DNA of 61,114 nt, the filler included. It is 12 parts of 12 records of this genome, joined end to end, with 100 filler letters (N's around TTAATTAATTAA, not from the genome) between each part and the next. Parts side by side here need not be neighbours in the genome. Positions count along the whole stretch, not along the records: positions 32,475 to 38,442 come from SRR15195285_4161; positions 38,543 to 45,144 come from SRR15195285_4162; positions 45,245 to 49,229 come from SRR15195285_4165; 9 more parts are not named here. One strand, written 5' to 3'. This document shows, in pieces, positions 34,320-46,342 of this stretch. Positions within the stretch are counted from its first letter, which is position 1. Every line of letters starts with the position of its first letter. A program made the translations under genes and the position numbers. Under the pieces are notes generated by a model. That model was given only the letters and a program-made list of their open reading frames with translations. It did not search any database and was not told the origin of the DNA.

Positions 34320-37300
34320 CTAAATGTGCGTGGCGATCACTCCCGCAGTAGGATTATGCACAAATAGTGTAGGAGGTAACCCATTGCCCAGCTCAGATAC
34401 CATGCTAAGCCACTCATTCGCAGCACCACCATGGTAGCTACTACCTCCACCAATAGCGACAGCATCTGGAAGCGGCAAATTGGGCAGGGGTAGCAACAAT
34501 AGTGCGGTGCTAAATTCGGTAGAAGCGTGCACCACAGCATTCTGGACAGCGCAGAGCTGCAAAGGGTCGCTCAGCGAACGCTATGCACACATGCAGGCAT
34601 GTATACACGCGTCAAGCATGCACATACGGCAGCGCATTCGCATCAAGTACGCCCGCAACAGTCAGTGCTTGGATACAATGGTGGTATCTGCAGCCGGCGC
34701 GACGTGTGGCAGACATACGCGTGTGTCGCGTCCTTCGATGGGCAACAAAGGCAGGTTGTTTCACTCACAAGCACGGAGAACCCTGCTCTGCGAGTTGGAG
34801 CTTCATCTACACTTCTTCTTGTGTCAGCTGAAGCACTTCGTCGCCCTCCGGGTGGCGACGAAAGCTCTCGTTCGAGCTGTTGGTACAGAGCCAACGAGAG
34901 CTGCTCCACAACCACCTGTGTCACAAACCCACACGGACATTAAAGCAAGCTGGGAACCCTGCCCTTCTTTGTAGCAAGTTGAGAACACTATGAAGGTAGA
35001 TAGTGGGGGCAGCAGGGGAAGTGACACACTACTCGCACTGAACTGTAGCTGGACGGAATTCGGGCTGATTGCAGGGTCTCCTTCAGCATACGCTCTGCCT
35101 TCTCTACGTCTCCCACCTGATTTTCGTTCACAATCTGCAGTCCTCAGGAGGCACACATGGAGAGTAGCTCAGAAGAACGTGAAACAAAAATTGAATGGAG
35201 TAAGTACGCCTTCAACGTAACTCAGCAGGCGCAAGTGCCACTGCACCCCTGTTGCTGTAGTGCTGCCATCGGACCTTCGCCGAGCCTCCATGTATAGATA
35301 CCTGCATTTTCCAGTCCTGATTAGTGAATGTCCACGCATGGATCTGAAGGCTGTCCCTAAAGCTATCCTTGTCATTGCTGGAGCAGTTACGCAAGCTGCA
35401 GCGACAATGAGACTGTACTGTCTGAGGACCAGTTTTTCGTTGGCCTCCTCCCGCCGCTGTCATCGAGGAGGTCGTCAGATTCCTCATCGGACACATCGAG
35501 CATTGCCGAATCCGCGGGACCACGTGATCTCGAGTCACCCCAAGCCCCACCCGCTCCATCTGCTGGGAAAACCCACACATCGACCTGTCGTATTCCATTT
35601 GTGTGCTGGACTCCACCACCGGTACGAGCACGGCCACTGACGGCACTTCCACTATCACTAGTGCTGTCAGCATCATCCAGCAGCACAGAAGCCGCGGTTG
35701 CTTGGTCAAAGCCACGCGCGACGATAAGCGACTTGCCGAAGAAGACACACGTCTGCAGTGCAGTCAAATACTCCTCTGGTCCCCCGAGCCAATCGCTGTG
35801 ACTTCTCCCTGGTCTTGCTCCCGCGCGGCCTGCACTTTTCGCACCAGTGTTTCCCTCACCTCGTCCTTGACGCGACAGCAACCCAAAGCACACAATATTT
35901 GGGGCAAGCGAGCCAAGGCCGACTCCTCCCGAGACCAGAGTCTGCACACCAGAGAGTAATGACGTGCCCATTGCTACAGCTGGGAATGCCTTCCAACCGT
36001 GGTATTCGATCATGTCCAGCAAATCCCTGTGCACAGATTGCATGAACAGCACTCCCAGTCAACGGCAGCATAGCACGATCTGCACTGTAGAAATCACAGT
36101 CGCACCTTGTACGTGACTGAACTGACCGAGCAGCCGCTGTCCAGGCCGAAGGTGCCGTTCCACCGCCACTTGGCGTAGTTGACGCAGCGCCATGTGAGCT
36201 CGCAATGGTACCACGAGTCCACGGAGTTTCATCAAACGGCGTCGAACTTGCAGTCCGAGACAATCCAACTCCACTGCCGCCGACGCTGCTAAATTCTAGA
36301 TTATCGCGGCCAAAGACTGGCACTACGTGCGCAAGCAACAGTAGTCCACTCTTCTTGACATGGTTCAGTGTCGCTGCAAGACACTCGGTGCCTCTGTCTC
36401 CTCCATTTGCATCGCTCAGGGACATGAGCAGCAGCAGCTGCGGACGCCAGTTCCGCACGTGCCGCCGCGACCCATCAAGCCGCAAAAGCAGCTTGCGCAC
36501 TTGATGGTAAAGAAGTGCCTGCGTAACTTCTCCCCAGTGCTGTGGGGGTGTCGTTACATGGATAGCAACGAACAGAACGCAAGTTAGGATCCAAGATATC
36601 CCAGCCATGTTGGAGTCGATAATGAACATACAAGAGAGGCAGCAAAGGAATCCGAGCAAGGCGGAGCCTTTCCCAAAATATTGGAACGTCGGTCGGAAGT
36701 TTGGAGTGGCGGCAATGCGCAACGCAAAGCAGGCGAGGTTTGTGATTGCGTAGCATTGGAGGTAAAACATGGTCGTGACGGTTAGGATAACGTTTAAGTC
36801 GGACATCGAGTTCAGCACCGCAACAATCAGAGCGGAGATCACTGTCGCTCGATGCGGCTCATTGGTCGGTCCTTTGCCCTGGGCGAACGGCCGAAGGAAC
36901 GGCACGAGACGATCCTGTCCCATCGCCTGCAGGAGCCGCGGAGCTGCGGCCATGTTGCTGATCGCCGAAGACACCACTGCAGCTAGCAGCCCAAGCAGCA
37001 CCAGTATGCGAGAGTAGCACAACTCCGACATGATTGTATCGGTGCGCTCAATAAGCTCATGCCGCCGAGTGGTTCCAGCGAGTAAGATGATCAGCACAAA
37101 TATATGCGTGATCGCAAACGCGTAGCCCACGGCCGTCCCGATTGGTATTGAGCTTTGGGGGTCTTTGAGGTCACCCGACATGTTTACACCAGACATTACG
37201 CCTGTACAAGACGGAAAGATAATCCCGAAGATCACAGATATTGAGAACTCGTCGCCACGAAACTTTTGGAATCCAGTCCCAAGGTTAGCATGCAATGTAT

Positions 37301-38063
37301 CAGAGCTCCACCCGGTAAACCAATCATACTCACCCGTTGGTGAGTGAACATCACCTCCTGGGCCAACCACACTACCACCAGGCACGTGGGTGCCTAGGCC
37401 CGCAGGACGGGCGATGAAAGACAGCATTGCTAAGTATAATGCAGCAAGTACCAGCGCCATGATAACCACAGACGCTCGCGCCACTACTTTAGCGCCAGCC
37501 ATCGCCGTCGCAGTGAAAAAGGAGAGGAACAGTGTGTAAAGGATGTAGTCGTCTACACCACGGTGGTCCACAAAGATTTGAGGTTTTGCAAGGGCGTCCT
37601 TGAGCTGTGTTGTCATGACGTTGCAGTAGGCGGTCACGCCGATCAGGTTGGCAAAGTAGAACACGACACCAATTGCACCTCCGAACTCTGGACCGAGAGA
37701 CCTTGAGATAATAAAGTAAGCGCCGCCACTGCCAATGTGACCATTCGTGACCAGGGCGCAGATGGAGCACAGGGTGAGCAAGGTCACGATGACCGACACA
37801 GTGTATAGCCCAAGCGCCCAAACGAGTCCGGCCTGTCCGACGATAAACGGCACGCGGACAAAGATCGTCAGCCCAAAAATGTTCGCCAGACACGGGACGA
37901 TCACTCCCAGAAATGTGCCCAACTGCGCGGTGCTCGCGTGTTGATGGGCAGTCTCCCAGGAGCCGCCACGGTCGCCACCAGCTACGTGATGCTCGGCTGC
38001 TGATGAGCTGCCCACTCCCAGCAGCGGCACTGCCTCCCGTGGGCTGTAAGCTACGCTTCGCAT
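34320..38063 (-). CDS. SLC12A9: Cation-chloride cotransporter, SLC12A9/CCC9-like, multi-exon
   Basis: LGTFLGVIVPC, GGAYFIISRSLGPEFGGAIG, FPSCTGVMSGVNMSGDLKDP, APRLLQA, WGEVTQALLYHQVRKLLLRLD..WRPQLLLL, and C-terminal LPPTLFVH..VIATHI*. Confidence 0.88.
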
Positions 38064-38442
38064 GTTCCCTGCAGTCTGTTGAAGCCAGCAGCCACTACCT
38101 ACTCGCTGTACTGGTCGCCATTTATCAGCAGCTGAAGAGCTCACTTCTCCCCATCGTTCGTCAGACGCCGCGTCTCTACGACCTACCACATTCTGTCTGA
38201 CATGCGTTCTTACGCATTTTCGCTCAGCGTCCTGCCGCAGCAGCCTGTGGTAGCACGCGGCGAGCTGCGCGCGCGCGTTCTGCGCGCGTGCGCGCGCGAT
38301 TGTTACGCGATACGGGCGCGGGCGCGCGCGAGATTGGCTCATCGTTCTGAGGGGTGAGGGCGCCCGATTCACGAAATCCGGTAACTTTTGACCCAAGAAG
38401 CGAAAAGCACACAACTCCAAAACGGCTAGCCTAATGCCCCTA

Positions 38443-38542
38443 NNNNNNNNNNNNNNNNNNNNNNNNNNNNNNNNNNNNNNNNNNNNTTAATTAATTAANN
38501 NNNNNNNNNNNNNNNNNNNNNNNNNNNNNNNNNNNNNNNNNN
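38443..38542. other. Artificial contig linker
   Basis: N44-TTAATTAATTAA-N44. Confidence 0.98.
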
Positions 38543-38800
38543 CGGCCGCGACTCGGCCGCGCGCGCGCGCGGCGGCGGCGGCGGCACTCGCGGTCCGTCG
38601 ACGTTCAGCAGCGAAGCATCAGCGGCGATTCCGAGGGCCTCACTAAGGTCAGTGGAGGAGGGTGGCAGACGTGGCAGCGCAGGATTGGCTTGGTCTACGG
38701 AGGAAGGTGCACTAAGCGGTTCACTGTGTCGCTGGCCTCAACCCGCTGAGACGGAGCCAAACAATTGACGTGGTTCCAGAACCGAGTTAGCCACGCCACG

Positions 38801-40311
38801 ATGACGACACAAGTACAGGCGCAGGCGCAGATGCAGCTCCAAGTGATGCAGCATGACCTTGTTCTTTACGGTCAGCCCTGTCTCCAACTTCTGCGCCACC
38901 ACCACCGAGCCCAACTGTACGATGGACTGATCCTAACGACCGAATCGCTCCCGCAGGCCTAGCTGGTGCAATTGCTTCGTACACGGTCGCCACCGGATGG
39001 GATGAAAGGTCAACGCAGAAACTCAAAATTGCTGTCCAGCGCATCATCGACAAGAACCCGTGCCTGAGTGGCGCCATGAAGAAGAAGGGCGAGGACGACA
39101 TCGTCGTGGAGGCCCGCGCTCACAAGGATTTTGTTGTTGAGATTGACGGACCCGATGATTTTAAAATCGCAGAGACCACGCAGGGCACCATCAGCCTCGT
39201 TCACGAGAAACTAGAGCCGTTGTTCACAGCACATGGCATCGGCAACACGAATGATTGCCTGGAGTCGGGCGGCCCACTCTTTCGCATCATCCTTATGAGA
39301 CTCGGTGAAAATACAGTAGCGTACTGCGTTGAAGTTTGCCATATCTTCGCAGACGGGGCGACCTACTACACAATCGTGAAGATCATCAACGACGCAGTGC
39401 AAGGCAAGCCGCCCGAGGCATTAGTTTGGAAGCCTGCTCCACAGTCTGTACCCATTCCTGTGGCCTACAATGAAGCGGACACGAGCATAATGATGGGCGA
39501 ATGGATGGAGGGATTCATGGAGAATCTGGGCAAGTATGCGCCAGGCACGGACGACGAGCGTGTTGTGGACATAGCAGTGGTCAACCCAACTAGTGCATCT
39601 CAGCTCAAGAAAGAGTATAGCGACATCGCACAGAAAAAGGGTGTCCCGTTCGTTTCGACGAACGACCTCATCCAAGCTGGGTGCTGCGCGGTTGCTGACG
39701 AGCAAGCAATTGCTAATATGTTTGCCAATCTGCGAGGCCGCCTAGACGGTGTCACAGCAGACCTTGCAGGGAACTATGAGCGTGGTGTGGCCTTTCCAGC
39801 CATCTTGGCCGCTGACGACCCGGCTTTCGTCCGGACCATCAGCAAGGAGTGGTCCTACTATGGCCTTGAAGGCAACCCACGTATGTCCGACGAGGGACCA
39901 AGGCAGGCGGCTTTGGGCGCCAATTTCATGATTGTGACCAACTGGAGCTCTCTCACCCATTTCATTCAACCTGCGGGCACTACAATCGTCTGTCACTGTG
40001 CCGCGAAACAATTTGTTGCATCACTGGCTGGTATTGACATGGCAGTTGTATTCAAAGGGGACAGCGACGGAACGTTGGTGATGATGTCAAACTTTACCAA
40101 GGGCAAGCGTGGACGTGAACTCAAGGAGCGTATCGAAGGCTCCAAGATCTTCCAGCGTCTCTTCAAGCCACCTTCACTGAAGAACCTCAGCAATAGTTCA
40201 ACATCTGCACAGAAGGGAGATCAGGGAGGGTGTATACCGAACTGGATGCTACCGGCCGCTGTCGTTGCTGTTGCTGCAGCCATTGCTGTCGCGCACAAGA
40301 AGCTTTCCTAG
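38801..40311 (+). CDS. HXXXD CoA-dependent acyltransferase-like protein with C-terminal membrane anchor
   Basis: CHIFADG, VSTNDL, NLRGRL..AGNY, VTNWSSL. Intron 38871-38956 (CTAAC branch site) links ATG 38801. Hydrophobic tail AAVVAVAAAIAVAHKK. Confidence 0.75.
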
Positions 40312-40372
40312 GGCATGCTTGCAATCGAGCAAACCAAGAGGCATTCTTCCGAGAGCATTAGGCGGTTCTCTG

Positions 40373-43300
40373 TCAACATGCTTCATCAAGCTGGTGAAGA
40401 AAGGCGTTGGTGGTGCTGTTGTTGATCGTAGATTTCGGTTGGTTTTGCAATATCCCCCTCATTCCATTGACATTGTCATCATCAGCGTCGTCTTCAGTAA
40501 TCAGATCGAGGTGCCAACCACATTCGTTCGGGCAGCCTAGCTCCAGAGTCGAGTGAAAGAAGAAACGATGCAGGTCGTCACTTGCAAGCCGCGATGTGAT
40601 GCAAATAACTGTAACCCCACAATCCTCCAGCGTCTGAAGTAGCAACGGCTGTATTTCTGAGCTCACAGCCGAGAAGCCCTCGTCAATTACGACAACCTTT
40701 GGCTTGTGGTAAACCACTCTGGCAATAGCCAAGCACTGCTGTTCGCCCACAGAGAGCACCTCATCCCATCGCTTGCTGCTATCGAGACCTTCGCGTGCGA
40801 GAATGCTGCCTAGATGGCACATCTCAAGCACATTCGCCACTGTGTTAGGATCCGGTGGGTCCACGTTGTCATGTGCAGTGCCGTATTTGCTGAGAGACCA
40901 CGATGCACATCCATACGTGACCATCTCAAGGAGCGAGGCTGCAACTGTAGGGACCAGCGGGCTTTGACTAACGAAGCATATCGCTGAACTACCGTGTTCT
41001 GCAGCACCTGGCAGCACCAACTGCCCCGAGCGAACTGACCAGAGCTGCGCCAAATGTCTGAAGAGGGCGCTTTTCCCGGAGCCTGAAGATGCGGCTGTAA
41101 TGAGCATATGCTCTTTTTCACAAACTTTGAAGGTGAGGCCAGCAGCTAGACATCGACCATCTGGAGCAACCACGTCCATATCGTGGCAGCTCAGAAGCAC
41201 ACTAGCATCAGACTTGGTGGTTGCATTCTCGCCCGACCCATACGTGATCGAGACATGGCCGTGTTCCGCTGCTTCCTCTTCCTGCAGCTGCTGCAGTGTT
41301 AGCATCAGGTCTGTCACCCTTCGAACAACACCGAATAGCCGCCCAAGCTCCGTGTGCAGCTCCAGAATCGAACCAAACGTGCGAAATGCACGCTCAGTCA
41401 GCAATTCAATGTATTGACCTGTGGAAGACAGGCCAGTACCTTCCGCATTCGCCATAATTTCCGAATCTGTGCCCTCCCCTAGGCTCCAGACCAGACGCAG
41501 GGCATGCGTTATCGACGAAGGCACTGAGTAAGTGAATAACCACTCAAATGGCATCCACAACAGCCTTCGGTTGGCCTCTCGCCTCCCGATGGCCAGCGTT
41601 TCGCCTAGTTTTGCATTCAGCAAAGCCTTCTCGACATCACCCGCACCAGACAGTGCAATGAGCTCTCCGTCACCCTTGAGCCTGGCGTGAGCTGAGCGAA
41701 GCTCACCCTGTGAGCGAGAGCTTTCTCGCTGAAATTCAGAGAAGTCAGGCGCAAAGGCTTTGATCAGCAAAATGCCAACAGTACCATATCCCCAGATGGT
41801 CAACAGTGCAATGGTTGGGAGTCTAACGCGTATCAGCAGAATCGTCATGTAAACTGCATCGCAGATGGGCCGAAGTATACCCTTGCCCCAATTTGGACCA
41901 CTTCCCATCGTCATACCACCGCTGCCACCCCAGCTACCCATCCCCCCCTTGAGCAGACCTGCTGCTCTTTCACAAGCATCAATGATCTCGCTTGTGATGC
42001 GCGTGTCAGAATCGGTCAGTCCGCGGCTGATGATCTGACTAAACGCATTTCTTGCACAGTACTGGTCCATAACATGTGTAGTCAGAGCCTCCTGCCAGTG
42101 CAAGCTCATTGAGTTGTTGAGCCATGTCAGATACAGATCCATCACCATGCTCAAAGATCGAATGACTGTGCCAGAAATCGTCAGTCTGACGTATCCCATA
42201 AGGTCATTCTGGATGGCCAACGCCTGAAGCTGTCCTGGCAGCTCCGACATGACACGATTGGAAGTGTAGATGGAGATTCCCATGAAAACCAAAGTCAAGA
42301 GGACGCGCTGAATAGCATAGTCGCACAGTGATACGCGAGGGAACAGCACACGTGTGACCATTGCTACCCGCCGAAACGTGCTCGCTTGGTCTCGCTGCTG
42401 ATTCATCCGTGCAGTGGGTACGTCTGACGTGCCAGAGACTATCTGCTGTCCTCTACTGTGAACCTCTCGCTTTTGATAGGGTTGATTCTCCTCCTGCTGC
42501 TGCTGGTATTTGACACTCCGACGCTGCTCCAGACGCTGGCACTCAGCACGAGCAGCACTTAGGTTTCTCTGCTCTTCCGCAGCAAAAAATTCATTCTGGT
42601 TGATCTCCGCAGTCAGCGTGCGCATCAGTGGGCTGTGATCTGCTGCGTCAATCTCAGTCAGCTCCCATCCGCCGTTAGCACCACTACTATTTCCATCGAG
42701 GGTGAGTACTTTGTCGTAAAACTGCAGCATTGATTGCTGCCGTTGCTGTGAAACCATTACAACCGTAATTCCAGAATTCCTGCACGGTTCTAAGAGGCAC
42801 TCACGGTCAAAACGCATGCCAAGCCCATAGGTCGCTTCATCAACTACGACCAGACGTGGCTTGTGGTAGAATATGCGAGCGATAGCCATGCGCTGCCGAT
42901 CGCTGTAAGTGAGCAACTCTTCCCAATCAACCGATCGATCCCCAGGATGTTGCTGTGTGTGCCGATGCTCGAGGTTTGTTGCCGTTCCATGCAGACCAAC
43001 TTGTGCTAGTAAGGCCATAAGCTGCTCCTTTGGCACGCTCCCGGCAGGGAGCTGCAGTGGGAACGTGATCTGATCCTGCAGTGACGCAGCTCGCACGATA
43101 TACGGAGTCTGCGCGAGATACAGGCAGCCACTGGGCAATTCAAATGCCTGACCTAACCACTTTCGGCAGTACAGTATGCGCCCCGCCGCAACAGGCCATA
43201 AACACTGAAGAGTACGGAAGATTGCAGTCTTTCCACGTCCATTTTCGCCTTGGATCAAGAGGTTGTTGCCAGTTGAGATCGTGAGTGAAAGACCGCTCAA

Positions 43301-44536
43301 CAACCGCTCACCTGTAGGGCTGTCAATATCCACGTCGACGAGTTGCACGAGTGCACTAGTACTGGCACTGTAATCTACGACGTTTTCCTCATTCTCATCA
43401 TCATCAGCTGTGACGGCCTTGAGCTGCTCCATAAGTTCAGCGATGCGTGTGGTGGTGCCAGACAGCATCAGCAGCGAGCGATTGATTCTGAAGAGCTGGC
43501 TCAGATTGTACATGCAGCGCATGATCAGCCGTTGCTGGAACACCATGTTCGAGAGGATCGCAGCATTTGCCTTGACCTGTTCACTCTCCGTCGCGCCGAC
43601 CCGTGCCCTCAGCCGGTGTCGACTTGTCCGCAAAAACGGAGTGTGAGTAAGGATATTCATGAAAGTACTTTGCAGAATGCTCCACTCGACACGCATCGCG
43701 AAGGAGCTGCGTAGGTTGACAAGGCACATAGCATGCCACTTTTTCAAAAAATCAGTGAAGCATTCTTCGATCTGCAGCTTTTCTCTGCTGCCACCGCCCG
43801 CAGCAGCAATAGCCTCACTGTGCTGTACAAGCTTTTGGTGAGCGCCGAAGTAGCGCCCGGTCACCTCTGCAATTTTGCCTCCTAGCTGCCCCTGTGCCAG
43901 CGCTGGGCTGAGTAGGTGGCGCAACTGAATCGAGCTCCAACAATAGAGAGCACACACCACAACATAGTACGGATGGGCTCGCCACGCTAACTGTACTGAG
44001 TTCCACACGGCAGTCAGCACGCCGGACGCCGTCGAATCCAGTGTCCAGCTCAGTGACTCTACCACTCGCATCACATCTTGACACATTCGTTCGTCCGCAT
44101 CTTTCACCGCGCAGCTCCGGAGCTGCTGTCGGTAGAAGGCCGAGCGCGCAAAGTAGCGGTCGTGCAGGTAGTGGGTTAGTACCTCTCTCCACTTTCTCGC
44201 CACACGCTCTCGGAACCACTCACGGAGCGAGTACAGAAAGTTCTCACCAAACCCGGTGACCAGCTGCAGGACAATGAGAGTGCCAAAACGTGGGACATTT
44301 CGAAGATAGATTGCCTCTGCGATCGAGGCGCTCAGCGACATGGACCAGAGAGAGTTGCCCATCGAGACAAACATAAACATGATGGAGTACGCCATGTCTG
44401 ACCATCCGACCAGGGCACACAGCGGCAATTCGCCGCGGAGCACCTGTCGAAGCGGGAACACGACGCGCAGGATGCGGAACGCAGCTTCGCGCGCCTCGGC
44501 CGCTCCACCCGCACGCCGACCTGCTTCTTTTCCCAT
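40373..44536 (-). CDS. Full-size (TMD-NBD)x2 ABCD-type (peroxisomal-like) ABC transporter
   Basis: Two halves, each with DADERM/DSDTRI and EAA-like motifs (SEAIAAAGGG..E; GELIALSGAG..E), Walker A GENGRGKT / SSGSGKS, and YHKP..VVxDE. Apparently intronless, 1387 aa. Confidence 0.88.
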   Translation of the reverse strand: MGKEAGRRAGGAAEAREAAFRILRVVFPLRQVLRGELPLCALVGWSDMAYSIMFMFVSMGNSLWSMSLSASIAEAIYLRNVPRFGTLIVLQLVTGFGENFLYSLREWFRERVARKWREVLTHYLHDRYFARSAFYRQQLRSCAVKDADERMCQDVMRVVESLSWTLDSTASGVLTAVWNSVQLAWRAHPYYVVVCALYCWSSIQLRHLLSPALAQGQLGGKIAEVTGRYFGAHQKLVQHSEAIAAAGGGSREKLQIEECFTDFLKKWHAMCLVNLRSSFAMRVEWSILQSTFMNILTHTPFLRTSRHRLRARVGATESEQVKANAAILSNMVFQQRLIMRCMYNLSQLFRINRSLLMLSGTTTRIAELMEQLKAVTADDDENEENVVDYSASTSALVQLVDVDIDSPTGERLLSGLSLTISTGNNLLIQGENGRGKTAIFRTLQCLWPVAAGRILYCRKWLGQAFELPSGCLYLAQTPYIVRAASLQDQITFPLQLPAGSVPKEQLMALLAQVGLHGTATNLEHRHTQQHPGDRSVDWEELLTYSDRQRMAIARIFYHKPRLVVVDEATYGLGMRFDRECLLEPCRNSGITVVMVSQQRQQSMLQFYDKVLTLDGNSSGANGGWELTEIDAADHSPLMRTLTAEINQNEFFAAEEQRNLSAARAECQRLEQRRSVKYQQQQEENQPYQKREVHSRGQQIVSGTSDVPTARMNQQRDQASTFRRVAMVTRVLFPRVSLCDYAIQRVLLTLVFMGISIYTSNRVMSELPGQLQALAIQNDLMGYVRLTISGTVIRSLSMVMDLYLTWLNNSMSLHWQEALTTHVMDQYCARNAFSQIISRGLTDSDTRITSEIIDACERAAGLLKGGMGSWGGSGGMTMGSGPNWGKGILRPICDAVYMTILLIRVRLPTIALLTIWGYGTVGILLIKAFAPDFSEFQRESSRSQGELRSAHARLKGDGELIALSGAGDVEKALLNAKLGETLAIGRREANRRLLWMPFEWLFTYSVPSSITHALRLVWSLGEGTDSEIMANAEGTGLSSTGQYIELLTERAFRTFGSILELHTELGRLFGVVRRVTDLMLTLQQLQEEEAAEHGHVSITYGSGENATTKSDASVLLSCHDMDVVAPDGRCLAAGLTFKVCEKEHMLITAASSGSGKSALFRHLAQLWSVRSGQLVLPGAAEHGSSAICFVSQSPLVPTVAASLLEMVTYGCASWSLSKYGTAHDNVDPPDPNTVANVLEMCHLGSILAREGLDSSKRWDEVLSVGEQQCLAIARVVYHKPKVVVIDEGFSAVSSEIQPLLLQTLEDCGVTVICITSRLASDDLHRFFFHSTLELGCPNECGWHLDLITEDDADDDNVNGMRGILQNQPKSTINNSTTNAFLHQLDEAC

Positions 44537-45106
44537 GTTCTACCGTCTAGAGAGGTGTGTCCGTACGCTGTACATTGTGTGACCTGAGTAACAGCTAGAG
44601 GACCCTCCCCAATAGCAAGTGTGCGAGCCTGCTGAAGCTATGTCCCGGGGGTTGTCCCCCCCCCCCCTTCATTGCTGGTCCGCCCCCATCTTCGTTCCCA
44701 CCCCCCCGCCATGCACGCGCGCTGTACCCCACCATCGCGCGCGCGCATTTGCGGCGATTAGTCGATTTTAACCTGGGCACTGTCTGTGCTTACGTTTGCC
44801 TTCTCAATCAGTATTATACCACGAGTCGAGCACGAGCGACGGACCCACATTCGAACATGCCACATGCAACTCGTGTGCCGGCCGCGTCGTCGTCGTCGCG
44901 CTCGGTCACGCGGCGGCCGCCACGCGCGCGCGATACGACGACGACGTCGCCGGCGCCGGCGGCGGCGCGCCGCGCGGGGCACGCACGCGACGCCTTCGCT
45001 CCGAGCTGTGTCTGTGCGCACTAAGCACGCGAGATGCTGCGCTTCGTCCCTACGGCTGCGCTGCTAATGGCCACCCAATCCAGCGCGTTGGACAACGGTA
45101 CCGTCA

Positions 45107-45144
<38 letters not shown>

Positions 45145-45244
45145 NNNNNNNNNNNNNNNNNNNNNNNNNNNNNNNNNNNNNNNNNNNNTTAATTAATTAA
45201 NNNNNNNNNNNNNNNNNNNNNNNNNNNNNNNNNNNNNNNNNNNN
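45145..45244. other. Artificial contig linker
   Basis: N44-TTAATTAATTAA-N44. Confidence 0.98.
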
Positions 45245-46237
45245 AACGGCTGCACACGTGCGAAACAGCCCGGGACGTGGACGTCGGCCGGTCGCCGTGC
45301 ATCGAGAAGAACAGGTGCACCAGGACCGACTTGCACAGGTACAAATGCGCGTCTGCCTGCACGTTTATCCGCGCACAGCCATGGCAGCTTCGACAGCTGC
45401 GGTGGGATGGTATGCTTGTGCTAATCCTCTTGTTGCCGTTTGCACGGCGACAGTTCGGACAGCGATTGCGGGCTATGGAAGAGCTTGCCGCCAATATATC
45501 GGTCGGGATGACTGATACACGGGCAGTGTTAGGAGCAGTAGAGACACAGGCAAAACGATGGGACAAGCAAGAGACGCTGCGAGTGAGTATGCGCCTTGTG
45601 ATGCATTTGTGTAGCTTGGTACCACGCGGCACGGGCTATTCGGATGCCACTTGATCCGCACTTCCACTGTATTGGGAGGGCGTTCTTGCAGTCTGTATAG
45701 TTACACCGAAAGTACCCTTGAACTCAGATCAATGGTTGTGTGTGGCGGCGTGGGGCTTTGGCCGATATCGTCATGGGTACCAGGTGGAGCGAGGCACTGC
45801 TAAAATTGACAAGATATTGGCAGAGGCGAAGGACGCGCAAATGGAGGCTGATCAATTAGCCGAGGAGGCGGAACACTTAATGATGGATGTCGACCTGGAC
45901 GAGGACGATTCATCGCCACACTACGTCGAGAACTCAGCTTTGTGAGCGCACATCTACCTACAATCATCATTGCGTTTTGGTCTTCGTACCGGCGTGGTGG
46001 TGTGGGCCTGCAATGGTGAAATAACAGCAAGTTTGCTTGTTGCATGGTAGGTACGGCCTGGCGCCATCTACCCCGCAACGAACCCCAGCGAACGCAAAGA
46101 TAGGTAGAGGACGTGCCAATGGTGCTGGCGTCGGCCGTAAACCGCGGCCGCGGCAGAAGGCTGCAGGTTCTGACGTTGAGGCACTGCACGGGAAGCTTGG
46201 GGACGCGCTCTCGTTGCTTGGAACCATGCTAGACTAA
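45245..46237 (+). CDS. Partial hypothetical protein (3' exons, coiled-coil-like)
   Basis: Short ORFs joinable by GT-AG introns; e.g. 45942-46050 keeps frame into YGLAPSTP..GTMLD*. Confidence 0.45.
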
Positions 46238-46342
46238 GACCTAGCTTTATAGCTCGCTTGGCGCAAAGCATCGACTCACTAAGTTCATATTTGTGGCCAC
46301 AATTTGCCCGGATCTGTTAACTAACGGAACTGTTGAGTGGTC

